Under the pieces are notes generated by a model. The model ran no database searches. It had not been told where the DNA came from and worked only from the letters and a program-made list of their open reading frames with translations. Shown here in pieces: positions 28,205-37,787 of a DNA stretch of 64,000 nt. Source of the stretch: Candidatus Latescibacterota bacterium (GTDB lineage Bacteria; Latescibacterota; UBA2968; GCA-2709665). The stretch is from NCBI GenBank assembly GCA_965248435.1, contig OZ252100.1:2304001-2368000 (forward strand), in the 5' to 3' direction. A program made the translations under genes and the position numbers. How positions within the stretch are numbered: the stretch's first letter is position 1; each line of letters begins with the position of its first letter.

Positions 28205-30076
28205 TTACTGATAAAGCCTGTCTGCTGTGTCCACCCACCACTCCTGTGTGTCGCTCCCGCCAGGGTACCAGTTGACGCCCTGGAAGCGGCGGCTATATGC
28301 GCTGGCAACGCGCGACTTCCACAGAAACGTGTAGGGCTGCTCTGCGTGTACGATCTCCTGAAATCGCCTGTATAGGGCGATCCGTTTGTCCATATCGAAC
28401 TCGCGTCGATACGTTTCCAGTATTTGATCCACTTCATCACTTTTAAAACTGACAAAGTTCGAGCCCCGACCTTTGGCTTGAGACGAATGCCAGATCTGGT
28501 AGGCATCCGGGGGAAAGCGAACGGTCCCCGTCCACCCGAGTGTGAGGGCCGCGAACTCTTTGTTTTTGACTCGGTCCAGAAAGATCGACCAGTCCAGCTC
28601 GCGAACATCGCAGACGATACCGATGTCCTCGAGCTCACTTTGCAAGGTGAGCGCAATATCCTTCCTCATCTGGTTGCCGGAGTTGACCAGAAACTCGAAC
28701 TTGAATGGCGTTTTCTCACCATCGATTTCCTTGTCCAGAATACCGTCGTTGTCGCTGTCGGCCCAGCCCGCATCTTCCAGCAGCCGAAGGGCCAGGTCCG
28801 GATCGTAGGCGTAGGGTTCCAGCTCGTGGTTGTACTCCGGACGAAACTTGTGAATCGGCCCCTCCACCGTTTCCCCGAGGCCGAACAGGAGGTTCTTGAC
28901 CATGCCCTCCCGGTCCAGGAGATGCGTCATGGCCGTTCGAACCTGTCGGTCACGGAAGATAGGATGGACGTTGTTCCATCCGATGTAGGTGTAACCCCCC
29001 GAGTATTCAATACCCTTCAGCAAACGCTCCACGAAACCGGAAGACCAGCTCTTTTCCTTGAACTCCAGGGGCCGCAGTCTGTGGATGTCCAGATTCCCGT
29101 TCGTCAGCTCGACAAACGCCGCGTCTGTATTGTTGATGATCTTGAAGACGATTCTGTACACGTAACCCGTCGCGGGAAGTCCTTCTACCTCTTCCCCCCA
29201 GTACTCGGGGTTGCGTGTGAGCACCACCTTCTGTCCTGTAACCACATCCTGATCCCAATCCTTTACCAGGTAGGGCCCGGATCCCAGCATCTGCTGATTA
29301 AAACTCTGGTTGAACCCCTCCGCGAACTTCGTCACGCGGTCTTTGTGCGGTCCAGCCTCCCACGTACCATCGATCAGGCTGCGCACAGCAACCGGGTCCA
29401 TCAGACCGTCGGGATCGTAAAAATGTTTTGGCAGAATCTCGAATGAACCGAGTGAAAGATCGTTCCGAAAGTAGGGTTCCCTGCAAACGAAGCTGATCCT
29501 GGACGGGCCATCCCTGCGAACGTCCTGAACCGCGGCATAATAGTTGCGCATGTGAGGCGCGAGCACGCGCGGATTGTGAATCACTTTCATGCTGAAGACC
29601 ACGTCCTCGACCGTCAGTGGTCTGCCATCTGCAAAGCGCACATTGTCACGCAGTTCGAACGTGTAGGTCAGACGGTCTTCAGAGATCTGCGGGTATGCCC
29701 TGGCGACCATCCCTTTCATTTCAAATGGGGGATCGTTCTCCGCGTAAAGCAAGGAATCGAAAATATACCGGTGGACCGTCGAGGCTCCGGAATCGTTAGA
29801 CGTGTAAGGGTTGAAGTTCTCCGGATCGGACAGGAAGTGAAGTACCAGCCAGTCTCCATAAGTCGGAGCGTTCTGTCCTTCGTATCTCAGCGGCGCCGGT
29901 TCGGTCCCATCCAGGACGATAATGTCCTTTGTCCCGGAAAGGATGCCCTGGACCTTCTTCCAAGAAGCAGCGGCATCGGTAAATTCGGGGGACGGCGCTT
30001 CGGAGCTGCAGGAGAGTAAAAGACAGGCAATCGCGATCGAAAAAAATGAAAGGAATCTATTTGGCAGTGCCGTCAT
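28205..30076 (-). CDS. peptide ABC transporter substrate-binding lipoprotein (family 5)
   Basis: Lipobox-like LLLSC; TYTFELRDNVRFADG, GSGPY and DRQVRTAM motifs. Confidence 0.92.
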   Translation of the reverse strand: MTALPNRFLSFFSIAIACLLLSCSSEAPSPEFTDAAASWKKVQGILSGTKDIIVLDGTEPAPLRYEGQNAPTYGDWLVLHFLSDPENFNPYTSNDSGASTVHRYIFDSLLYAENDPPFEMKGMVARAYPQISEDRLTYTFELRDNVRFADGRPLTVEDVVFSMKVIHNPRVLAPHMRNYYAAVQDVRRDGPSRISFVCREPYFRNDLSLGSFEILPKHFYDPDGLMDPVAVRSLIDGTWEAGPHKDRVTKFAEGFNQSFNQQMLGSGPYLVKDWDQDVVTGQKVVLTRNPEYWGEEVEGLPATGYVYRIVFKIINNTDAAFVELTNGNLDIHRLRPLEFKEKSWSSGFVERLLKGIEYSGGYTYIGWNNVHPIFRDRQVRTAMTHLLDREGMVKNLLFGLGETVEGPIHKFRPEYNHELEPYAYDPDLALRLLEDAGWADSDNDGILDKEIDGEKTPFKFEFLVNSGNQMRKDIALTLQSELEDIGIVCDVRELDWSIFLDRVKNKEFAALTLGWTGTVRFPPDAYQIWHSSQAKGRGSNFVSFKSDEVDQILETYRREFDMDKRIALYRRFQEIVHAEQPYTFLWKSRVASAYSRRFQGVNWYPGGSDTQEWWVDTADRLYQ

Positions 30077-30136
30077 ATGATCTCCCTCCCTTGGCTATCG
30101 ATTTCGTTAGGCCAGGCCTCGATACGCGCGGCGCAT

Positions 30137-31924
30137 CTATCCTGGATACAACCCCAGATTTTCGTGCCACATTTGATTCATTTTCAGGCGAGTTTCAGAA
30201 TCTTCAGGTAATGCGATTGGCCGGCCCCGGCCATCCAGGATGACCCCGACAATACCCCCGCTTACTCGCGTCTGCAAATCCTCGCCCTGTCCCGCGCCCC
30301 CATTCCAACGCCGCGCCGGCCTCAGGGTTGCCTCCGCCTCTGCACCTTCCGGGAGAGGCAGAAGCTTCAAATCACCTACTTTCAGTTCCCCCGACACCAC
30401 ACCCTCAGGTAGATCGATCTCGTAGGTCGCACACACCTCACCCGGTTTTCCCACCCCCGCGGGGGCGATACACGTGCCTAGATCGACCAGGCAATCACGC
30501 TCAAATACCTCTGTCGCGGCACCCTCATCGACCGTAGACAACACGCCCAAGTGCGGCATCATGAAGATGCTGTCCACGGCAAGGCGCGTAATCCCCTCCG
30601 GCTGGAAAGCATCGATCATCATCGCGGCGGCCTGAGCCCGGCGGGGTGCGTGAGACAGCACTCCCCCGCTCCCGATCAACAGGTCCAGCGCCATCATATC
30701 GATAAGGCTTCCCCCCGTTCCCGACTGGTCGAACACGTCGGAAAGCGTCCGCTCCGTCTGAACGCCTTTCAGACCCACCGCGAGTGCCAGGTGCTGTACG
30801 AACGCCAGCCGAAGTGCCTCCCGGGCGATCGCCTGCTCAATCTGCAGATCCTCCAGGGTCTGCGGAACGGTCGTCGGCCGGATCATCTTGTTCTTGATCC
30901 GATCGCGGAGATCGGTCTCGTCCATTCGGAATGGCATCCAGCGACTCACGCCTTCGACGCCGGCTTCTGCGAGGACGTTCGAAATGCTGTAGGACATCCC
31001 CAGGTTCGCACTCACCGTTCGGTTGAACGTCTCCCCGAACACGCTGAAGACATCCGTTGTGGCCCCACCGATATCCACGCCGATGAGGCTGATGCCCTGC
31101 CGCCGGGCAACGGTTTGCATGATCAGCCCGAACGCGCCCGGAGTCGGCATAATTGGAGCGTCGGTCCAGCCCATCAGTTTTCGGTAGCCTGGGGCCTGTG
31201 CCATCACGTGGTCCAGAAACAGATCGTGGATCACCTGCCTGGCCGGTCCCAGGTTTTCCCGCTCCAGCACCGGACGCAGATTTTCGGTCACGGTCAGCGC
31301 GGTCCTCTCCCCCAGCACCCGCTCGATCTCCGGGGTGGCGTCTCGATTCCCGGCAAAAATGACGGGAAGGTTGAACCCGGTTCCGAATCTCGGCTTCGGA
31401 TCAGCAGCCGCGATGAACTCCGCAAGCTCCACGACGTGACTGATCGTTCCCCCGTCCGTTCCTCCCGAAAGCAGGACCATGTCCGGCCTGAGCTGCCTGA
31501 TGCGTTCGATCTTCTGGTGCGGGAGTCTGCCATCGTTCGATGCCAGAACGTCCATGACGATCGCCCCAGCACCCAGCGCTGTCCGCTGCGCACTTTCGGC
31601 CGTCATGGTCGCGACAACGCCGGCGACCATCATCTGGAGACCTCCGCCGGCGCTGCTCGTAGAGATGTAAACGTCCGCGCCTCGTCCCTCGCTGCTCGGC
31701 GAAATGATCTTTTCGCCGTCCAGGATTTGCCGACCCGAAAGCTCCTCCACTTCCTGAATCGCGTTCAACACGCCGCGAGTCACGTCCTCGAAAGGGGCCT
31801 CAACAGTCGTGGGGGCCTCACCGCGATAAGTTTGCCGGTAGGCCCCCTCTATTTTTTCGATCAGAATCGCCTTGGTGGTCGTGCTGCCGCAGTCCGTGGC
31901 AATCACAACGTTCAGATCACTCAT
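30137..31924 (-). CDS. GlmL (glutamate mutase L)-family ASKHA-fold ATPase
   Basis: DCGSTTTK, TSSAGGGL, LLSGGTDGG, DIGGATTDVFS, RTVSANLGMSYS and GSGGVLSHAP motifs. Start at MSDLNVV (31924). Confidence 0.85.
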   Translation of the reverse strand: MSDLNVVIATDCGSTTTKAILIEKIEGAYRQTYRGEAPTTVEAPFEDVTRGVLNAIQEVEELSGRQILDGEKIISPSSEGRGADVYISTSSAGGGLQMMVAGVVATMTAESAQRTALGAGAIVMDVLASNDGRLPHQKIERIRQLRPDMVLLSGGTDGGTISHVVELAEFIAAADPKPRFGTGFNLPVIFAGNRDATPEIERVLGERTALTVTENLRPVLERENLGPARQVIHDLFLDHVMAQAPGYRKLMGWTDAPIMPTPGAFGLIMQTVARRQGISLIGVDIGGATTDVFSVFGETFNRTVSANLGMSYSISNVLAEAGVEGVSRWMPFRMDETDLRDRIKNKMIRPTTVPQTLEDLQIEQAIAREALRLAFVQHLALAVGLKGVQTERTLSDVFDQSGTGGSLIDMMALDLLIGSGGVLSHAPRRAQAAAMMIDAFQPEGITRLAVDSIFMMPHLGVLSTVDEGAATEVFERDCLVDLGTCIAPAGVGKPGEVCATYEIDLPEGVVSGELKVGDLKLLPLPEGAEAEATLRPARRWNGGAGQGEDLQTRVSGGIVGVILDGRGRPIALPEDSETRLKMNQMWHENLGLYPG

Positions 31925-32264
31925 CTCTCTCGTGTTCCAGCTCCAGGATTTTGTCGACAAGGAACTCGATACTCGGGCGTTTCTCCAGGAACCGGATAAA
32001 ACGCTCGAACTCTGCTGCTGAAAAGATCAGGGTCACGAAGGGGTAGAGAAAAACCAGAAACTGACTTCCGATGAAGTTGAAGGGCCGGCCCGTCTCCAGG
32101 ACCAGCAGGGCAGGTGCCGTCATACGGCGTCTGACGACGAATCGGGCCAGCCGTTCTGCCAGTGCCTCGTCCTCGGCGTCAAACCCATCTTCGGACGTCT
32201 CGACGGCAAAGGCGTGTGACCACCAGGCGCTAAACCGCGTCTGGCGAGATGCGATCCCTGACAA
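31917..32264 (-). CDS. hypothetical protein
   Basis: 115 aa ORF overlapping both neighbours; RRMTAPALLVLETGRPFNFIGSQ. Confidence 0.65.
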   Translation of the reverse strand: MSGIASRQTRFSAWWSHAFAVETSEDGFDAEDEALAERLARFVVRRRMTAPALLVLETGRPFNFIGSQFLVFLYPFVTLIFSAAEFERFIRFLEKRPSIEFLVDKILELEHERDE

Positions 32265-32673
32265 AACGTATCACCTCGTCTCGGTTTTTCTCACACTTGA
32301 GGAAGAGCCCCCGGAAGGAATCGAGTCGACTTGGCTGGGCGAACGTGCTCAAGAAAAGCCCATCGCTCGAAGCAGAGACCCTTCGCACCCGGTCCCAGGC
32401 CATCTTTCGGCTCGTCCCTGCGTGGGAAACGCGTGCACCGTCACCGTTCAAGGCGTAGCGGGTAGGCAGGATATATCGAGAAACAGACGCGCCCAGAAGT
32501 CCAAACGTAAGCAATCCGAACGTCAACTCCCCGAAACTGATCCAGACCCCGACCGACAACCCGGTCAGGATCACCAGGAGCAGGCCCGACCTCAAACGGG
32601 ACTCGTCGAGGAGTGGATGCACGCGCCATCGCAATTCTTCAGAGTGACCGCCAGGAGGGTCTGATGTCTGCAT
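32230..32673 (-). CDS. hypothetical membrane protein (two TM segments plus a PH-like soluble part)
   Basis: LRWRVHP, two TM segments, YILPTRY and SRLDSFRGLFL. Confidence 0.65.
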   Translation of the reverse strand: MQTSDPPGGHSEELRWRVHPLLDESRLRSGLLLVILTGLSVGVWISFGELTFGLLTFGLLGASVSRYILPTRYALNGDGARVSHAGTSRKMAWDRVRRVSASSDGLFLSTFAQPSRLDSFRGLFLKCEKNRDEVIRFVRDRISPDAV

Positions 32674-32692
32674 CTTCTCCAGATCTCTGGGA

Positions 32693-33553
32693 TCATCCTT
32701 GAGCGGATGCCCGCTCTTTCAAGTTCCATTCCTCGGTGCCGTATTTTTCTGTAGCCAGACGCTCCGCTTCCTCAGCCTCCTCGGGAGAAAGGTGAGCCTC
32801 CTCCAATACCACGCCCCGGGCCTCATCAAACCCCGCCCGAAGCGCTTCGGCAACCTCTTCAAACGAAACCGCTCGGCCGAGGACGTCTTCCAAGGAGGTA
32901 GTGTGAGCATCCAGCTCTTCTCTGAACTGCGCCTTGATCTCCTCCTCGCCATCCGGCATCAGGTCCACGATCTGTTTGTGCTCAGGTCCAATCAGCAGAG
33001 ACCCGTGCTGGAGTAATACAGATCCCATCCGGCGCTGCGCGCTCCCGACCAGCTTCTTGCCCTCGACGACCACTTCGAACTGGGAGGTACTGGAAAAGCA
33101 AGGATTCGTCAGGCGCTCCGCCCGGGGCACGGGAAGACTTTGGCGGTGGGGCTCGAATCGAGCCTCTACGCCGAGACGCCGGACGCCGGCCACGAGGCAA
33201 ACGCTTATTTTTTCGTAGGCCTCCAGGATTTTTCCCCCAAGATGGGGATCATCGGCTGAACAGAGCACGCTGTAGGTCAACTCGTTCCAGTGCAGAACGG
33301 CCCGGCCCCCAGTCGGCCGCCGAACCCAACCGACCCCCATGTCCCGACACCTGTCGAAACTCACCTCCCGCTCAACGCGCTGGGCATAGCCGAAAGAGAC
33401 CGCAGGGGGAGTCCAGCCGAACACACGGATCGTGGGTGGAGACGCACCCCGCTCCACAGACCTCACCACCGCTTCATCAACCGCCATATTAAAAAAGGCG
33501 TTTCCAAATCGGGTGTTTAGGAAACGCCACCGGCTAGACTTCTCGTCGAACAT
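32693..33553 (-). CDS. lipoate-protein ligase family (LipM/LplA-like)
   Basis: NMAVDEA, VRRPTGGRAVLH, KKLVGSAQ and LQHGSL motifs. Confidence 0.92.
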   Translation of the reverse strand: MFDEKSSRWRFLNTRFGNAFFNMAVDEAVVRSVERGASPPTIRVFGWTPPAVSFGYAQRVEREVSFDRCRDMGVGWVRRPTGGRAVLHWNELTYSVLCSADDPHLGGKILEAYEKISVCLVAGVRRLGVEARFEPHRQSLPVPRAERLTNPCFSSTSQFEVVVEGKKLVGSAQRRMGSVLLQHGSLLIGPEHKQIVDLMPDGEEEIKAQFREELDAHTTSLEDVLGRAVSFEEVAEALRAGFDEARGVVLEEAHLSPEEAEEAERLATEKYGTEEWNLKERASAQG

Positions 33554-33556
33554 CGT

Positions 33557-34282
33557 CTAACAGACCTGAAGCCTTGTCAACGCATCTCTGGCTGCCATCT
33601 GCTGGGCTTCCTTCTTGCTCCGTCCGCGCCCCAGACCCTTCCGCTCTCCCTTGATCACCACCTCGACCGTGAACAACTTGCGGTGATCGGGCCCATCCTC
33701 CGAGTTCACGAGATACCTGGGGTGCCCCCGACCCTCTCCCTGGGTATGTTCAAGAAGCACACTTTTGAAGTTGAAATACTCACCGTTGGAGATCACCGTT
33801 TCCACGTTGGAGAGAAGCGTTCGCCTCAGGAAAATCTCAGCGGCATTCAGCCCTCCATCCAGATAGATCGCACCAAGCAGGGCCTCGAACGCGTCTCCGA
33901 TGATCGATGTCCGGTCACGCCCGCCGGCAAGGTCTTCCTCTTTGCTCAACAGGACGTAGGACCCCAGGCCCAATTCCCTCCCCTTCTGTGCCAGAACGAC
34001 CTTGCTCACCAGGAGCGACTTGATCTGTGTAAGATCCCCCTCACGCTTCTGACCGAATCTCCGAAAGAGACTCTCTGTGACCACGAGATCCAGAATGGCG
34101 TCGCCAAGAAACTCCAGGCGTTCGTTCGATTCGATGCCCTCCTCATCAACGGCATAAACGTAGGACCGATGCTTGAGCGCCTGCGTCAGGTACTCAAGGT
34201 TTGCAAAGGTGTAGCCCAGTCTCTTTTGAAGCTTCTCAAGCGGTCCATTCGCTACACCGCCGTGAGCGAGCCAGGCTCCCAT
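33557..34282 (-). CDS. rnc: ribonuclease III
   Basis: NERLEFLGDA signature, DAFEALLGAIYLDGG and a C-terminal dsRBD (GRSKKEAQQMAA). Confidence 0.97.
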   Translation of the reverse strand: MGAWLAHGGVANGPLEKLQKRLGYTFANLEYLTQALKHRSYVYAVDEEGIESNERLEFLGDAILDLVVTESLFRRFGQKREGDLTQIKSLLVSKVVLAQKGRELGLGSYVLLSKEEDLAGGRDRTSIIGDAFEALLGAIYLDGGLNAAEIFLRRTLLSNVETVISNGEYFNFKSVLLEHTQGEGRGHPRYLVNSEDGPDHRKLFTVEVVIKGERKGLGRGRSKKEAQQMAARDALTRLQVC

Positions 34283-34514
34283 GTTGTCGATGATTCGCCG
34301 AAGTCCGATAACGGAATTCTCCCTTAAAGCGCTAAATCCCTCACGCTTCCATTTCCATCGTCTGGGGTGAGGTTTCGTTTTTTACAACTCCTCGCGACTT
34401 ATGCCTCTCAATCCGCAATCCCAAATCCCAAATCCGCAATCCGCAATAGACCTACGATCCACGAACGACGATCCGGTCGTGTCCGTTAGGACACGACCCA
34501 CGATCCGCAGGGTT

Positions 34515-35765
34515 TCAATGTCGAAGCTTCCTCATCACCAGCACCGCGTTGTGACCGCCAAATCCAAAGGAGTTGTTCATCGCGATCTCGACAGGCATCT
34601 CTCGGGCCTGATTCGGCACATAGTCCAGGTCGCACTCTGGATCGGGATGTTCGTAGTTCACAGTCGGAGGAACGCAACTGTCCCTTATGGCCAGAAGGCA
34701 GGCGATCGTCTCTATCGCACCTGATGCACCGAGCAGATGGCCCGTCATCGATTTTGTAGAACTCACGGCCACCTGCTTCGCCCGATCGCCAAAGACCGAT
34801 TTTATCGCCGCGGTTTCATTCTTGTCGCCAATATCCGTAGAGGTCCCGTGCGCGTTGATATAGTCCACATCCTCCGGACTCAGGCCGGCATTCCGGAGCG
34901 CCAGCGTCATGGCCCGCGCCCCACCCCTCCCGTCCGGTGCCATGGCCGTCTGGTGGTAGGCATCTGCGGTGTAGGCCGTGCCGACAATCTCTCCGTAGAT
35001 CGACGCATTCCTCTCGAGCGCGTGCCCGAGTTCCTCCAGCACGATCCCTCCGGCCCCTTCGCCCAACACGAATCCGTCTCTCTCTGCATCGAACGGGCGG
35101 CTGGCGAGCTCGGGTTCGTCGTTTCGTGTAGAGAGCGCCTTCATGGACGCGAAACCGCCCAGGGCAAGGCGACTGACCGCGGCTTCCGCTCCCCCCGTTA
35201 TCATGATATCGGCTTCTCCGTAGCGAATTTCACGAAAAGCGTTCCCGATTGCGTGACCAGCCGAGGAGCACGCGGATACCGTAGCGTAGTTCGGACCCCG
35301 GGCGCCCAGCGAGATCGAGATCTGTCCAGAGGTCATATCAGCGATCATCATCGTGATGAAATATGGGCTGATTCGCCTTGGGCCCTTTTCCATCAAGGCC
35401 GTGTGCTGATCCTCCAGGCTCAGAATCCCTCCGATGCCCGATCCAAAAATGACGCCGACCCGATCTGGATCCTCCGTCTCGATGTCCAGCCCGGAGTCTT
35501 CCACGGCCATATTTGCAGCAGATACCGCATACTGGGTGCAGGGATCGTTCCGGCGGGCCTCCTTTTTCGTCATCCCGAAGTCTTCCGGATCGAACCCCTC
35601 TAGTTCGGCCCCTATCTTGACGCGAAATTCTGATGTATCGAACCGTTGGATCGGGGCGACACCGCTCACACCGGCCCGCAGGGCATCCCAGAACGCAGTT
35701 GTGGACATCCCGTTCGGGGCCAACGTACCCAGGCCTGTAGCGACCACTCTTCGAGTCTTGTCCAC
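34515..35765 (-). CDS. fabF: beta-ketoacyl-ACP synthase II
   Basis: SACSS catalytic Cys, YINAHGTST, KSMTGHLLGA and NSFGFGGHN motifs. Confidence 0.97.
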   Translation of the reverse strand: MDKTRRVVATGLGTLAPNGMSTTAFWDALRAGVSGVAPIQRFDTSEFRVKIGAELEGFDPEDFGMTKKEARRNDPCTQYAVSAANMAVEDSGLDIETEDPDRVGVIFGSGIGGILSLEDQHTALMEKGPRRISPYFITMMIADMTSGQISISLGARGPNYATVSACSSAGHAIGNAFREIRYGEADIMITGGAEAAVSRLALGGFASMKALSTRNDEPELASRPFDAERDGFVLGEGAGGIVLEELGHALERNASIYGEIVGTAYTADAYHQTAMAPDGRGGARAMTLALRNAGLSPEDVDYINAHGTSTDIGDKNETAAIKSVFGDRAKQVAVSSTKSMTGHLLGASGAIETIACLLAIRDSCVPPTVNYEHPDPECDLDYVPNQAREMPVEIAMNNSFGFGGHNAVLVMRKLRH

Positions 35766-35828
35766 AGATCTATCCGCTAGAAGATGTAAGCCAATCTTCC
35801 GCCCGTTTGGTCAACCCGCTTCGGTGAT

Positions 35829-36068
35829 CTACTCACCCAAGCGTTTTTTCAGATAGTCCGTCGCGTCGTTGACCGTTTCAAGCTTCTCCGCATCCTCGTC
35901 GGGAATCTCTAAATCGAATTCCTCTTCGAACGCCATCACCAGCTCGACGGTATCCAGCGAATCTGCACCCAGATCGTCGATAAAATGGGCGTCAGCCGTC
36001 ACACTATCCGCATCGACACCGAGCTGATCGACAATCAGGTCAACCACTTTCTGTTGAACGTCGGCCAT
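35829..36068 (-). CDS. acpP: acyl carrier protein
   Basis: [20 protein letters not shown]. Confidence 0.98.
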   Translation of the reverse strand: MADVQQKVVDLIVDQLGVDADSVTADAHFIDDLGADSLDTVELVMAFEEEFDLEIPDEDAEKLETVNDATDYLKKRLGE

Positions 36069-36080
36069 TGCATCCCTCCG

Positions 36081-36827
36081 TTACATCACCATGCCGCCAT
36101 CCACCACCAGCACTTGCCCGGTGATGTAGACGGCATCATCTGAAACCAGAAAGGCGACAGCAGCTGCGACATCTTCCGGCCTTCCGAAGACGCCCAGCGG
36201 GATCTGTGCGAGGAGTTTGTCCTTTACATCTGTACTTAAATCTGACGTCATTTCAGTTGGGATGAAGCCGGGAGCGACCACGTTTGCCGTGATGCCGCGC
36301 CCCGCCAGTTCCCTAGCTACGGTCTTCGTGAGCCCGATCAGACCCGATTTGGAGGCCGTGTAGTTGATCTGGCCCGGATTTCCAACCAGCCCCGTGACGG
36401 ATGAAACCGTCACGATCCGGCCACTGCGGGCGCGCATCATCGCTCGCGCCGCGGCCTTGATGCAGAGAAAGGCCCCTTTCAGGTTAACGTCCAAAACGAC
36501 ATCCCAGTCCGCCTCCTTCATCCGCATCAACAGCGCATCACGCGTGACACCCGCGTTGCTGACGAGGATGTCAACTCTGCCCCAGCTGTCCAGCACAGTC
36601 TTGAAAAGCGTCTCCACTCCGGCGGGATCTGAAACGTCCGCCTGTAACCCGAGTGCGCGCCGCCCCAGACTTTCGATCTGCTCCGCGACCCCCTTTGCGG
36701 CCTCCACGCTCTTACTGGCGCAGACCGCCACATCAGCCCCTTCACCCGCCAGACGCAGCGCAACGGCCTCTCCGATCCCCCGCGACCCTCCCGTCACGAC
36801 AGCCGTCTTGCCTTCGAGGCGACTCAC
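36081..36827 (-). CDS. fabG: 3-oxoacyl-ACP reductase
   Basis: TGGSRGIG, NAGVTRD and YTASK motifs; GTG start overlaps the fabD stop. Confidence 0.96.
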   Translation of the reverse strand: MSRLEGKTAVVTGGSRGIGEAVALRLAGEGADVAVCASKSVEAAKGVAEQIESLGRRALGLQADVSDPAGVETLFKTVLDSWGRVDILVSNAGVTRDALLMRMKEADWDVVLDVNLKGAFLCIKAAARAMMRARSGRIVTVSSVTGLVGNPGQINYTASKSGLIGLTKTVARELAGRGITANVVAPGFIPTEMTSDLSTDVKDKLLAQIPLGVFGRPEDVAAAVAFLVSDDAVYITGQVLVVDGGMVM

Positions 36828-37744
36828 CCCGCAACCTCCTCGATCTCCTCGAGGGTTCCTGCGCCTGAAACCGGCAGCTTGCGATCGATCCTCCGCATCA
36901 GCCCTTGCAAAACGCTGCCTGGGCCGACCTCGATCGCGCGGTCGATCCCCTCTGAAATCAAGCGTTTGATACTGTCCGTCCACTTGACGGGTGAAACTAC
37001 CTGTTCGAGAAGAAGGCGCTTTAGCTGATCTGGATCCTGCGTCGGTTCGGCCGTCACATTGGGGATCACGGGCACACGCGCCGGAGAAAATGCGATCGTT
37101 TCCAGGACACCGGAAAGCGGCTCAACCGCCGGCTCCATCAGGGCCGAATGAAAAGCCCCGCCGACAGGGAGTTCGATGCACCGTTTTGCACCCCTCGCGG
37201 GGGCCTCTTCCAAGATCCGATCAATCCCCGCCCGATCACCCGAGAGGACCACCTGACCGGGACAGTTGTAGTTCGCCGGTGAGACCACGCCTGCATCGCA
37301 AACCGATTCGCATAGTTCGCCGATCTCCTTTTCAGAAAGTCCGAAAACTGCGGCCATCTTTCCGGGTCGGCCCTCTCCCGCCGCCTGCATCGCCTTTCCC
37401 CTGATGCCCACAACCCGGAGCCCGTCTTCGAGGGAGATCACACCGGCGGCCACCAGTGCCCCAATCTCTCCAACGCTGTGTCCCGACACGATGTCCGGAC
37501 GAATCCCCTTTCCTTCGAGCATGCCCAGGACGGCCAGGCTGTGTGTGAAAACTGCCGGCTGCGTGACCGACGTCCGTTTCAAAGCGGCTTCAGGACCGCT
37601 GAAGCATAACGACTTCAGTCCGATTCCCAGAATCTCATCGGCCAGATCGAACACGTCCCGGGCCGCTTCCGAAGCGGCGTAGAGGTCCTGCCCCATCCCC
37701 ACGTACTGCGAAGCCTGCCCGGGGAACAAAAAAGCCAAAGGCAT
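36824..37744 (-). CDS. fabD: malonyl-CoA:ACP transacylase
   Basis: FPGQASQ, GHSVGE and GAFHS motifs. Confidence 0.96.
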   Translation of the reverse strand: MPLAFLFPGQASQYVGMGQDLYAASEAARDVFDLADEILGIGLKSLCFSGPEAALKRTSVTQPAVFTHSLAVLGMLEGKGIRPDIVSGHSVGEIGALVAAGVISLEDGLRVVGIRGKAMQAAGEGRPGKMAAVFGLSEKEIGELCESVCDAGVVSPANYNCPGQVVLSGDRAGIDRILEEAPARGAKRCIELPVGGAFHSALMEPAVEPLSGVLETIAFSPARVPVIPNVTAEPTQDPDQLKRLLLEQVVSPVKWTDSIKRLISEGIDRAIEVGPGSVLQGLMRRIDRKLPVSGAGTLEEIEEVAG

Positions 37745-37787
37745 AGGCTGGGACTAATATCCAAAGGCCAAAGGTTCGGTCCCCACG

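Noticed and set aside
30137-31924. GlmL as evidence for glutamate fermentation, or as DNA-repair MutL
   Set aside because: No GlmE/GlmS or methylaspartase in the window; the motifs are ASKHA-type, not the GHKL type of mismatch-repair MutL.
30551-31999. 482 aa plus-strand ORF (and similar long ORFs at 1605-2744, 28424-29446, 34737-35603)
   Set aside because: Antisense shadows of well-supported minus-strand genes in GC-rich DNA, with no recognisable motifs.
34409-34507. Possible CRISPR array in intergenic repeats
   Set aside because: Only short degenerate 7-mer tandems, with no 23-47 bp direct repeats with unique spacers and no cas genes.
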